This document shows, one piece after another, positions 18,529-28,400 of a stretch of DNA of 43,235 nucleotides. The notes beneath the pieces are model-generated. The model saw nothing but the letters and a program-made list of their open reading frames with translations, did not search any database and was not told the origin of the DNA. Positions within the stretch are counted from its first letter, which is position 1, and every line of letters begins with the position of its first letter. Position numbers and translations under genes: made by a program. Source of the DNA: Clostridiales bacterium DTU087 (lineage in GTDB: Bacteria > Bacillota > Limnochordia > DTU087); NCBI GenBank assembly GCA_001513495.1, contig LFTN01000009.1:1-43235 (forward strand), in the 5' to 3' direction.

Positions 18529-19530
18529 CTATCCTCCCGATTGCTCAGCGGAGTTGGATGCCAGTATTCTGGCGGCTGTCTCCAGCACCAGGGCCTTCGC
18601 CTCTTGCAAAGGCATATCGAGGGTGCATCCGGCTGCGTACGTGTGGCCGCCGCCCCCAAACAAACCGGCGATTCTGCTGGCATCTATATTATCCCGGGAG
18701 CGAAAACTGACTTTGGTCCTTGATGGCTCCAACTCCCGAAACATGATGGCCAGCTTCACCGTTCTGATCATCCTAGGGTATCTAATTACATCTTCAGACT
18801 GCTGACCGCTCCAATGATTCTCACCCAGCATGGCCCTGTGAATAGTGATCCAGCTCATGTCGCCCCGAGGACTAATCTCCAAGGTGTCCAGGGCTGCACG
18901 GATCAGGTCAACCTCCTCATAGGCCCTGTTTTCATATAGATGTAGAGCGGTCTCGGCCGGATCGGCTCCCTGCCTGACCAGTTCACTGGCGATATACAAC
19001 ACCCGGCTGTTTGTGTTGCTGTAGCGAAAGGTTCCCGTATCCCCTGCCAATGCGGCATACAGGTTGGCAGCCATGGGCTGGCTCAAGGGGATCTGCAGGT
19101 ATTCGGCAATCAGCTCATAGATGATCTCTCCGGTGGCTGCAGCCTCGGGCTTTATGTAAAAGGCCTCACCAAAGCCCCGATTGGTGCCGTGGTGGTCAAT
19201 ATTGATTACGGGCACGCCGGACTGCAGATAAGGAACCAGGCCGCCGCATCTGGCAGGCTCACAGTCTTCGACAATGACTGCATCTACATCAAGGGCTGAT
19301 CCAAGCTCCCCACCAAAAACCTTGCACGACTCTATTCCCGGCAGAAACCTAGACCAGTCCCCCAAAGGATCCGGGGATACGCAGACAGCTTCCTTGCCGG
19401 CAGCCTGCAAAGCCAGCTGAAGGGCCAACCCAGACCCGACACTGTCTGGGTCTGGGTCGATATGCCACGTAATCAAGAACTTGTTGTAGGCTCTAATTGC
19501 CTGAGCTACTTGTTCAAGGGAACCCGTCAC
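18529..19530 (-). CDS. nrnA: DHH/DHHA1 family oligoribonuclease / pAp phosphatase NrnA
   Basis: DPDSVGS, the DHH motif INIDHHGTN, and the DHHA1 motif GGGGHTYAAG. The GTG start overlaps the rbfA stop by 1 nt. Confidence 0.8.
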   Translation of the reverse strand: MTGSLEQVAQAIRAYNKFLITWHIDPDPDSVGSGLALQLALQAAGKEAVCVSPDPLGDWSRFLPGIESCKVFGGELGSALDVDAVIVEDCEPARCGGLVPYLQSGVPVINIDHHGTNRGFGEAFYIKPEAAATGEIIYELIAEYLQIPLSQPMAANLYAALAGDTGTFRYSNTNSRVLYIASELVRQGADPAETALHLYENRAYEEVDLIRAALDTLEISPRGDMSWITIHRAMLGENHWSGQQSEDVIRYPRMIRTVKLAIMFRELEPSRTKVSFRSRDNIDASRIAGLFGGGGHTYAAGCTLDMPLQEAKALVLETAARILASNSAEQSGG

Positions 19531-19925
19531 TATATATCTTCTCCTACACTTGAGGCAGTGTCTTGGTCTTCTGCATCGGCGCCGTCGTCCTGGAGCTCTC
19601 TGAGGAGCTGGGAAATCCGAGCTCCTCGCTCTAGAGATTCATCCCACCGGAAGATGATCTCAGGGGTGTGGCGCAAGCGTATCCGCTGGCCGAGCTCAGA
19701 GCGGATATAACCGGTAGCCCGCTCAAGGCCATCCATAGCTGCTCTCTTTGTCTCTTCATCTCCCAACACGCTGACAAATATCTTGACATGACGGAGATCC
19801 CGGGAGACTTCGGCATCGGTGACTGTCACAAAGGCGACCCGAGGGTCTTTCATCTTCCTGATGATGTCGCTTGCCTCCTGCTTGATCGCTCCCCGGACTC
19901 TTTGTACCCGCTGGTGGGTGGCCAT
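19530..19925 (-). CDS. rbfA: ribosome-binding factor A
   Basis: RVQRVRGAIKQEASDIIRKMKDPRV.FVTVTDAEVSRDLRHVKIFVSV. ATG at 19925. Acidic C-terminal tail. Confidence 0.9.
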   Translation of the reverse strand: MATHQRVQRVRGAIKQEASDIIRKMKDPRVAFVTVTDAEVSRDLRHVKIFVSVLGDEETKRAAMDGLERATGYIRSELGQRIRLRHTPEIIFRWDESLERGARISQLLRELQDDGADAEDQDTASSVGEDI

Positions 19926-19966
19926 GTTCCTCAACCCCTTCTTCAGCCTTTACTGGTGATTGACGG

Positions 19967-22168
19967 CTAGAGTGTCCGCTTTACCTCCTTGAGGACAAAG
20001 ACCTCGATCTCATCGCCCTCCTTGACATCGTTGAAGCGTTCTATACCGATGCCGCACTCATAGCCCTGGGATACTTCCCTGACATCATCCTTAAATCGCC
20101 TGAGGGAGGAGATCTTGCCTTCGTGAATCACTACATTATTGCGCAGCAGCCGCAACTCGGCATTGCGGGCGACCTTACCGTCGGTCACATAGCATCCTGC
20201 CACAACTCCCACATTGGGAACTCTAAATGTTGCCCGCACTACTGCCCTTCCCATGACCTCTTCCACATAATCAGGCTCCAGAAGGCCCTCCATTGCCGCT
20301 TTCACATCATCGATCGCGTCATAGATAACCCGATAAGTTCGAATATCAATCTTTTCCCGTTCCGCGACCCTATTGGCATTGACATCGGGACGGACATTGA
20401 AGCCGATGATGACAGCATCAGATGTTGCCGCCAGCAGGACATCACTTTCGGTGATTCCTCCCACACCATCATGGATCACCTTTACCTGAACTTCATCGGT
20501 GGACAAACGTTCCAGGGCTTGGCGAACAGCCTCTACTGAGCCCTGCACATCTGCCTTAATGATCAAGTTGAAATCCTTGACCTCTCCTTGCTTGATCCGC
20601 TCAAACAGGCCATCGAGAGTGATGGGGGCAGTTCTCCTCAGTTCAGCTTCCCGCTTTTCCTCCTGTTTCTGGGCAGCAATCTGCCTAGCCAGCTTCTCGT
20701 CCTCCAGAGCCACCAGCTCATCTCCGGCCTCTGGAACATCGGCAAGGCCCACCACCTCTACCGGAGTCGCCGGGCCGGCTGTCTCCACACGCCTGCCGGC
20801 AGCATCGTTCATGGCCCGCACCCTTCCGGACACAGAGCCAGCAACGATAGCATCCCCAATCCGCAGGGTTCCGTTGCTGATCAAGACCGTAGCCACCGGG
20901 CCGCGGCCCTTATCTAGCTTTGCCTCGATGATGGTACCCCTTGCCATCCGGTCAGGATTTGCCTTCAGTTCCCGCAAATCTGCCACCAAGAGGATCATCT
21001 CTAAGAGGTCGTCGATGCCTTCTTTCCGCAGTGCGGAGATATTGACGCAGACTGTATCGCCGCCCCACTCCTCCGGAATCAGGCCCACTTCAGCCAATGC
21101 CTGTTTTACTCGGTCTGGGTTTGCGTCGGGACGATCCATCTTATTGATGGCAACAATGATGGGTACATCGGCGGCCTGTGCATGGCTGATGGCTTCTCTG
21201 GTTTGGGGCATGACACCATCATCGGCAGCCACAACTAAGACAGCAATATCGGTGACCTGGGCACCTCGGGAGCGCATGGCAGTAAAGGCCTCATGCCCGG
21301 GAGTGTCCAGGAAGGTGATCTTCCTTCCTTGCAGATTTACCTGATACGCGCCGATATGCTGGGTTATCCCTCCAGCTTCCTCCTGGGTTACATGGCTTTC
21401 TCTAATGGAATCTAACAGTGTAGTCTTACCGTGATCTACATGTCCCATGATGGTGACAATAGGAGGACGAGGCTGAAGCTTTTCAGGCGGGTCCTCAACA
21501 TCGGCTAACGGATCAACTGTCTCGATTTCCGGAAGTATCACTTTGAAGCCCAAATCCTCCGCTACTGTGGCAGCAGCTTCCCAGCTGATGCTTTGGGGAA
21601 CCGTGGCCATTACACCTATGCCCATCAGTTTCTTGATGATGACGGCAGCGGAGATGCTCATGCGGCCTGCGAGCTCCTTCACAGTAATGCTTTCCGGAAT
21701 CTCGATCTCCTTAGGCCGCTGCGGGGCAGCAGGTCGAGGGCCGCGGGAAGAAGGCTGGCGCCGTGAGTCCCTTCTCTTGGGCCGACGCCGCTTGGCAGGT
21801 GCGGCACCTTCGTCCTCACCCACAATCTGGGTCTGCGCCTTTGGTACAGGTTTTGCAGGACGCTTTGGAGATTTCTTAGGCTCCTCAGCCGCTTCCACCT
21901 GCACCGCCCTTTTCTGCACCGGTTCTTGCTTCACTGTTTTCTTCTGCACTGGTTTATCCTTCTTAGCAGCCGGCTCACCTGGCTTCGGCTGTTTCTGCTT
22001 CTTGTCTCTTTCCTGGGTAAAGTGTTCTCTGACTAGATCGGCCACGTCATCTTCCAAAGTGCTCATGTGATTCTTGACATCTGCTCCCAGCTCTTGCAGA
22101 ATCTCCACAAGCCGCTTACTCTTAATCTCAAGTTCCTTGGCCAGCTCATACACGCGAACTTTTCCCAT
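19967..22168 (-). CDS. infB: translation initiation factor IF-2
   Basis: 733 aa. Lys/Pro-rich N-terminal region. G domain [26 protein letters not shown]. Confidence 0.95.
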   Translation of the reverse strand: MGKVRVYELAKELEIKSKRLVEILQELGADVKNHMSTLEDDVADLVREHFTQERDKKQKQPKPGEPAAKKDKPVQKKTVKQEPVQKRAVQVEAAEEPKKSPKRPAKPVPKAQTQIVGEDEGAAPAKRRRPKRRDSRRQPSSRGPRPAAPQRPKEIEIPESITVKELAGRMSISAAVIIKKLMGIGVMATVPQSISWEAAATVAEDLGFKVILPEIETVDPLADVEDPPEKLQPRPPIVTIMGHVDHGKTTLLDSIRESHVTQEEAGGITQHIGAYQVNLQGRKITFLDTPGHEAFTAMRSRGAQVTDIAVLVVAADDGVMPQTREAISHAQAADVPIIVAINKMDRPDANPDRVKQALAEVGLIPEEWGGDTVCVNISALRKEGIDDLLEMILLVADLRELKANPDRMARGTIIEAKLDKGRGPVATVLISNGTLRIGDAIVAGSVSGRVRAMNDAAGRRVETAGPATPVEVVGLADVPEAGDELVALEDEKLARQIAAQKQEEKREAELRRTAPITLDGLFERIKQGEVKDFNLIIKADVQGSVEAVRQALERLSTDEVQVKVIHDGVGGITESDVLLAATSDAVIIGFNVRPDVNANRVAEREKIDIRTYRVIYDAIDDVKAAMEGLLEPDYVEEVMGRAVVRATFRVPNVGVVAGCYVTDGKVARNAELRLLRNNVVIHEGKISSLRRFKDDVREVSQGYECGIGIERFNDVKEGDEIEVFVLKEVKRTL

Positions 22169-22527
22169 TAAGCATCACCCCTAGCTTGGTCCGCTAATTC
22201 CTCTACTCTTCCATCGCTGCCCTCTGCCTCCGTTTTCTTGGTATTGGCAGCCTTGATAATCGCCTGGGCCATTCCCGCATCTTTGACGCAGAGAACCGAC
22301 CGGGCAGGCTTCCCGATGGCTGCTCCCAACTGTTCCTTGGTTCCCACGTGTATGATGGGAACCCGCTTGGCTGCTTTCTCAAAAGCCCTTATAGTCCCGG
22401 CACTGGCATCACAAGCCAGTACCACCAACTGTATACCTCTTCTCCGCAAAGCTGCCAGACAGCTGTTGTACCCAGAAATCAGATTTCCGCTTGCCTGGGC
22501 GAACCCCAGCAAACTGAATACCTTCAC
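22168..22527 (-). CDS. ylxQ: L7Ae-family RNA-binding protein YlxQ
   Basis: 119 aa. The position between ylxR and infB, with 4-nt and 1-nt overlaps, is as in Bacillus. Contains an L7Ae-like core [11 protein letters not shown]... Confidence 0.7.
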   Translation of the reverse strand: MKVFSLLGFAQASGNLISGYNSCLAALRRRGIQLVVLACDASAGTIRAFEKAAKRVPIIHVGTKEQLGAAIGKPARSVLCVKDAGMAQAIIKAANTKKTEAEGSDGRVEELADQARGDA

Positions 22528-22796
22528 ATAACCCTCTCCAGTTCATCCCGGAGCCTATCAATAATCTCCGGGGTGATGGCCGCTTCCAGGGCTCTTTCCA
22601 GCTGCTTCTTTCTCAATGCCTGCTCCATGCAGGCCGTGTCGGGGCACAGATAGGCACCCCTGCCGGACTGCTTCCCTGTAGGATCAAGCAAGATCTCACC
22701 CGCGGGAGTTCTCACGATGCGGATCAAATCTCGCTTGGGGCGCACGGTACGACAGCCGATACATGTTCTTTGCGGAATTTTGCGCTGTTTCGGCAC
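22524..22796 (-). CDS. ylxR: YlxR/DUF448 family protein (RnpM)
   Basis: IPQRTCIGCRTVRPKRDLIRIV ... GRGAYLC. GTG start 7 nt after GAAGGAGTGG. Confidence 0.8.
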   Translation of the reverse strand: MPKQRKIPQRTCIGCRTVRPKRDLIRIVRTPAGEILLDPTGKQSGRGAYLCPDTACMEQALRKKQLERALEAAITPEIIDRLRDELERVM

Positions 22797-22836
22797 CCTG
22801 CCACCACTCCTTCACAATCACGCCATCCGCGGCTGT

Positions 22837-24609
22837 TTACTCATCAAACTCCAAACGCAAATCGGCCAAGTCCTTGAGGACTTTCGTGCCTGTGCCCTGC
22901 CGTTTAGTCTCCTTTTCTTCCTCATCTGGGAGCTTAACTTCCTTAAGATCCAAGCGCCCGGCAAGGGTAAAACCGCTCTCATCATCTTCAGGCCCCGCAA
23001 CATATTCGGAAATCTCCTCTTCCTGGAATTGCTGATCCTCGGAAAACAAAGTGGGAAGCGGCTCTTCCTCGATCAGTTCTTCCTCCAGCAGTGATTCTAG
23101 GTCTTGCTTGCGGGCCTTGCGGCTCTTTGGCTTCCCTAAGACAGCGGCAGGCTTGGCGGTCTTTCTGCGCCAAACGCCCTCTTCATCCAGTTCCCCATCA
23201 ACAGCTTCAGACTCTTCATCGAAGGCTTCCACATCTTCATCTAATGCCCCGTGCTCAATGGTATCGGAGTCGTCATCTGCATCACCCGGCAGCTCCTCTT
23301 CGGCATCCGGCTCCAGAGGAAGCTCTTCAAAGTCATCGTCAGGTTCAGCGGCAGACGCCGTATCAACAGCTTCCTCATCCAACTCCCCATCGGTATCAGA
23401 CGCCGTCAGTCCATCGGTTTCAGCTGGGGCTTCTTCATCCTCAAGCACCTCGCCATCAACTGCATCCAGTGCCGCATACTCCAGCTCTTCCGCTGGAACC
23501 TCTTCTTCATCATAGCCTTGGTCTATATCTTCATCCTTTGGCACTGCCCGCTCAAAGGCCTCCCGGGCCAAGAGCTGGGCCATCTGCTCCTGGCTCTTGA
23601 TGTCGATTCTCCACCCAGTCAGCCGGGCTGCTAGGCGCGCATTCTGTCCTTCTTTTCCAATGGCTAAGGACAAGTGATTGTCCGGCACCACGGCTCTGGC
23701 AGTCTTGGTGGCCTCATCCAGGTAGGTTCTGACTACATTGGCCGGGCTTAAGGCATTGGCCACAAACTCCTCTTCGATAGGTGCCCAAGGAATGATGTCA
23801 ATCTTCTCACCTCGGAGTTCCGACACGACAGCCTGGACCCGCATGCCCCTCGGGCCCACACACGCTCCTACCGGGTCGACATTGGGATCCCGGGAGTACA
23901 CTGCCACTTTGGAGCGGGCACCGGCCTCTCTAGCTACTGCCTTGACCTCCACAGTCCCATCGTAGATTTCTGGAACTTCCATCTCAAACAAGCGCAGCAC
24001 CAAACCGGGATGGGTTCTGGAGACCGCTACCTGGGGCCCTTTGCCGGTCTGTCGAACTTCGCTGATGTAGACCTTTAATCTCGTCCCCTGGGTAAGGGAT
24101 TCGCCCGGCATTTGGTCCGATGGGCTTAGGATCGCTTCCACTTTGCCCAGATCGATGATTACATTGCGGTTCTCCCTGCGCTGAACAATGCCGGTGACGA
24201 CATCTCCTTCACGATTCTTAAATTCATCATAGATGAGCGCCCTCTCAGCTTCACGAATCCTTTGAATAACCACCTGTTTGGCGGTTTGGGCAGCGATGCG
24301 GCCGAAATCCTCGGGGGTTACCACTACATCAACGACATCATCCAGCTTGTAGTTTGGGTCTATGGCCTGAGCCTCCACCAGGCTGATCTCTGTGGACTCA
24401 TCCGTGACTTCCTCGACCACAACTTTACGGGCGTAGACATTGATTTCCCCCGTCTTTTCATCAACTTCTACCCTTACATTCTGAGCTGAACCATAGTTGC
24501 GCTTGTAGGCTGTCGTGATGGCAGCCTCTATGGCTTCTAGTATAATATCTTTGGTAATACCCCGCTCTTTTTCCAACTCATTAAGAGCGCTCATCACTTC
24601 GAAGTTCAT
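22837..24609 (-). CDS. nusA: transcription termination/antitermination factor NusA with a long acidic C-terminal extension
   Basis: The N-terminal, S1 and KH1/KH2 core (~355 aa; GACVGPRGMRVQAV, AIGKEGQNARLAARLTGWRIDI) is followed by ~235 D/E-rich residues. Confidence 0.95.
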   Translation of the reverse strand: MNFEVMSALNELEKERGITKDIILEAIEAAITTAYKRNYGSAQNVRVEVDEKTGEINVYARKVVVEEVTDESTEISLVEAQAIDPNYKLDDVVDVVVTPEDFGRIAAQTAKQVVIQRIREAERALIYDEFKNREGDVVTGIVQRRENRNVIIDLGKVEAILSPSDQMPGESLTQGTRLKVYISEVRQTGKGPQVAVSRTHPGLVLRLFEMEVPEIYDGTVEVKAVAREAGARSKVAVYSRDPNVDPVGACVGPRGMRVQAVVSELRGEKIDIIPWAPIEEEFVANALSPANVVRTYLDEATKTARAVVPDNHLSLAIGKEGQNARLAARLTGWRIDIKSQEQMAQLLAREAFERAVPKDEDIDQGYDEEEVPAEELEYAALDAVDGEVLEDEEAPAETDGLTASDTDGELDEEAVDTASAAEPDDDFEELPLEPDAEEELPGDADDDSDTIEHGALDEDVEAFDEESEAVDGELDEEGVWRRKTAKPAAVLGKPKSRKARKQDLESLLEEELIEEEPLPTLFSEDQQFQEEEISEYVAGPEDDESGFTLAGRLDLKEVKLPDEEEKETKRQGTGTKVLKDLADLRLEFDE

Positions 24610-24631
24610 TTAAGTGCCCTCCTGTTTCCAC

Positions 24632-25096
24632 CTAGAACTCGACGGCCAGGTTAGCTTTGGCCACCTGGTCACGAGGAATCTTGTTTACTTGGCCCCCGGC
24701 CTCAACAACTACCGCACCGTCTTCTAACCCCAGAAGCTTCCCTTCCCATTCCTTCTTGCCTTGGTAGGGAGCGTAGGTCTTGATATGTACTAACCTGCCC
24801 GCAAATCTGGTGAAGTGTTCATCACGGGTTAGCGGCCTTTCCAGCCCAGGTGAAGACACCTCCAGGGAGTAGCTGCCGGGAATCGGATCCACCTCATCCA
24901 GCCGGGAACTGAGCCGGCGGCTGACCTTTTCACAGTCATCCAAACCCACTCCACCGTCTTTGTCGATAAACACCCTCAGGATCCAGTCAGGGCCTTCCTT
25001 CGTATATTCGACGTCTACCAGCTCCAGCTCTGGGTAGTCGGTCAAGATTTCCTCTGCAAGCTGAGCAGTTATGCGCTCTACATCCTGTTTTGCCAT
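24632..25096 (-). CDS. rimP: ribosome maturation factor RimP
   Basis: 154 aa. Y.LEVSSPGLERPL motif. Immediately upstream of nusA. Confidence 0.9.
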   Translation of the reverse strand: MAKQDVERITAQLAEEILTDYPELELVDVEYTKEGPDWILRVFIDKDGGVGLDDCEKVSRRLSSRLDEVDPIPGSYSLEVSSPGLERPLTRDEHFTRFAGRLVHIKTYAPYQGKKEWEGKLLGLEDGAVVVEAGGQVNKIPRDQVAKANLAVEF

Positions 25097-25334
25097 GCTT
25101 TAGCCTCCATTCTGCTGCTAATAGCCCAATCTATGTAACACCCGCTCATTGTTATTCTAGGCTGAATGACAGGACAGGCCGCCTTGTAAAGCTTGCCGGA
25201 CTGCCCCTTTTACCACGAAAGAGTGGGAATCACCCACTCTTCCAAAGAAGTTCCACCGCTGTGAAAAATGCAGAGCCGCGCTTTGCTCCCCATCTAAACC
25301 ACTGCGAGGATGCTCCGCGGCACACTCCAATGTT

Positions 25335-25363
25335 AGTATATCACTTTCCTGCATCGTTGACAA
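25335..25363 (-). promoter_or_regulatory. sigma-A-type promoter for the rimP-nusA-infB operon
   Basis: The minus strand reads TTGTCA-17 nt-TATACT (rc of 25358-25363 and 25335-25340), giving a ~230-nt leader. Confidence 0.45.
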
Positions 25364-25412
25364 GGCCTTCGATAAAGCCGAATAGCACAAAAAGTCCAAG
25401 AGGTGGTTATGT

Positions 25413-28400
25413 TTAGAAAAGCGATAGCTGGGATGTCTTGGGTAGTCCGGCCAGTGCCCCATGGGCACCGAGGGTTTCGATGACTGTCTTACTCACACCG
25501 CATCTCATCCTGATATCCTCCCATGAGGCAAAGGGCCCTTCTTCTCTTCCCTGAGCCAACATCAGTGCTGCCCCCTCCCCTACTCCCGGTACAATTGCCA
25601 AGGGCGGCCTCAGTCTCTCTTCCTGAATCAAGAAGCGGGTGGGGTGGGATTGGTAAAGGTCAACTGAATGGAATCCAATTCCCCTCAGCATGGCCTCCAT
25701 CACCACTTCTGCCACTGTCAGCAAGCTTTTCTCCTTGGCACTGGCAGCGCTGCCTTTCGCTAAGATGGAATCGATGATCGCCCTTACACCCGGCAGGCCA
25801 TCGCTGATCAGCTGGGCTTCAAAGGTACCAGCCCGGACAGAGAAATAGGCCGCGTAATAGGCTAAGGGATGATGTACTTTAAAGTAAGCTATCCGGAAAG
25901 CCATGGTCACATATGCCACTGCATGGGCCTTGGGGAAAAGATAGCTGATTTTCCTGCAGGAGTCGATGTACCATTGCGGCACCCCGATGGTTTCCATGGC
26001 TTGGACATCCTCGGGCCTTAATCCTCTTCCCTTCCGCACCCGTTCCATAATTGAGAAGGCGGTCTCCGGTTCCATGCCTTCTTGTATGAGATAGTTCATG
26101 ATATCATCCCTGGTGGCAATGGCTTGACTCAAATCAGCAATTCCGTTCTTAATCAGGTCTTGAGCATTGTTGGTCCAGACATTGGTCCCATGGGAGAACC
26201 CGCTGATGCGCACCAGCTCACCGAAGGATGCAGGCCGGGTCTCTTCCAGCATCTGCCGGACGAAGCGGGTGCCAAATTCAGGGACTCCTAACGTGCCGAC
26301 GGTAGTCCCGAGATCATCGGGCTCGATCCCTAAGGCTTTCACACTGGAGAAGATGCTCATGGTATCGGGATCGTCCAAGGGTATATCCAGGACCGGCACT
26401 CCAGTCATATCCTCCAGCATCCGCAGCATGGTCGGATCATCATGGCCGAGAATGTCCAGCTTCACCAGGTTGTCACTAATGGCATTGTAATCAAAATGGG
26501 TTGTTATAGTGCCGCTGCCAGCATCATTGGCCGGATACTGCACCGGGGAGAACTCGTTGATATCCCGACCTTGGGGAACCACAATCATGCCTCCTGGGTG
26601 TTGACCGGTGGTGCGCCGCACCCCTGTGCAGCCTCTCACCAGCCGGTTGATCTCAGCCGTCCGGGCAGTCAGCCCCTTACTCTCTAGGTATTGGCAGACG
26701 AAGCCATAGCTGGTTTTTTCCGCTAGAGTACCGATAGTGCCTGCCCGAAATACGTGCTCTTTGCCGAAGAGTTCTTCTGTATACCGATGCACACAGGCTT
26801 GATACTCCCCTGAGAAGTTCAAATCTATGTCAGGTACTTTTTCTCCATGGAATCCCATGAACACCTCAAAGGGGATGTCAAAACCAAGCTTTTGGTACGG
26901 CATTCCACATTGACAGCGCTTATCTGGCAGATCAACACCGGCCTGCACCGAGCCGTCGGTGATAAACTCCACTTGGCGGCATTGGGGACAAACATAATGG
27001 GGTGGCAGCGGATTGACCTCTGTCACTCCACAGAGGGTAGCCACCAGTGATGAACCCACAGAGCCCCGGGAACCGACTAGATAGCCATCGCTGAGGGACT
27101 TCTTCACCAGCTTGTGGGCAATTAGGTACAGCACAGCGAATCCGTTGCCCACGATGGCATTCAGTTCCTTCTCCACCCGCTCCTTGATCAGCGGGGGCAG
27201 CGGATCACCGTAGAGCTCGCGGGCATTGGCATAGGTCATCTCTATGATCTGCTCTTCGGCCCCCTCGATGGTGGGAGCATGGAGGCCGCTGGGCACCGGC
27301 CGCAAGTCTTCCACCATTTCCGCGATCCGATTAGGCCCATGGATGACTGCTTCTTCAGCAGCCTCTTGGCCAAGATAGGCGAACTCAGCCAGCATCTCTT
27401 CTGTAGTCCTGAAAAACAGAGGCGCCTGCCTTTCTGCATCTTCATAGCCTTGACCGGCCATGAGTATGCGGCGGTAGACCTCATCCCACGGGTGCAGGTA
27501 GTGGACATCACAGGTGGCTGCTACCGGTTTGCCCAGCCGCTTTCCCAGCGCGACAATCTCTCGGTTGATCCTTTCCAGATCTGCCTGGGATTGGACCCTG
27601 TCGCCTACTAAGAAGGCGTTATTGCCCAGCGGCTGGATTTCCAGGTAGTCATAGAAACCGGCTATTTCCGCCAGCCGTTCTCTATCCGCACCCTGCAAGA
27701 ATGCTTGATACAACTCTCCTGCTTCACATGCCGAACCGATGATCAGGCCCTCCCGATACTCCTCAATTAACCGTCGGGGGAGGCGGGGCCGGCGATAGAA
27801 GAACTCCAAATGGGATAGGGAAACCAGCTTATACAGGTTGCAGAGGCCCTGCTGGTTCTTGGCCAAAAGCACCACATGATAGGAGGGCCCTTTGGGATCA
27901 TCTCCATCGACTAGGTACCCCTCCATACCGTACAGTATTTTGATGCCAGCCTGCTTGCCTGCGTAGTAGGCTTCGGGAAAAGCCTGTACGACACCGTGGT
28001 CGGTAATAGCGATGGCTTTGTGACCCCAGTCTGCGGCGAGCTGGATGACATCTCTGACTTCTACAGTCCCGTCCATGGCAGACATTTTGGTGTGCAGGTG
28101 AAGTTCAACCCGCTTCTTGGGAGCCTCATCCCGCCGAACAAGTTCTGCCGGCGGCTCCTCTCTCTGCAGGTCATTGGGCAGCATAGTCAACTCCTGGGTG
28201 TAGCGATCCCACTGGATGGGGCCTCGGGCCCGCAGCCACATGCCTCGGCTTAGCTCCGGCGCCAGCCGGACTGCATCTTCATCCTCAAACAGTTTGAGGG
28301 TGATGGAATCACGGTAGTCGGTGAGCTCAATGATCAGCAAGCGCCGCCCGCTCCGCAGCTCCCTTTCTTCCAAGTTGATGATCTCACCGGCAATGACAAA

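Noticed and set aside
18513-18683. N-terminal extension of the truB ORF overlapping nrnA by ~155 nt
   Set aside because: The homologue-like TruB N-terminus (MDGILVLLKPPGMTSHD) starts at 18512. The extension is Cys/Trp/Arg-rich and lies inside the nrnA coding region.
20499-21344. 281-aa plus-strand ORF (and 21543..22070, 20123..20539) antisense to infB
   Set aside because: These ORFs lie entirely within the well-supported infB gene on the other strand. Their translations are low-complexity Ser/Ala/Pro-rich, there is no SD, and they are typical GC-rich antisense open frames.
23051-23634. Three overlapping plus-strand ORFs (154, 169 and 127 aa), Ser- or Leu/His/Pro-rich
   Set aside because: They are the antisense image of the GAx/GAA-rich DNA encoding the acidic NusA tail. 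They are a compositional artefact, not genes.
25090-25468. 108-aa (+) and 103-aa (-) ORFs in the polC-rimP spacer
   Set aside because: They have no SD, they overlap the polC end or the rimP start, and the region is better explained as promoter plus structured leader.
27882-27911. Considered that the polC exonuclease gap reflects a pseudogene or frameshift
   Set aside because: The frame is open and colinear on both sides, with conserved PHP blocks immediately flanking the junction, so a pseudogene is unlikely. An assembly artefact cannot be excluded from sequence alone, and this is listed as a refutation test.
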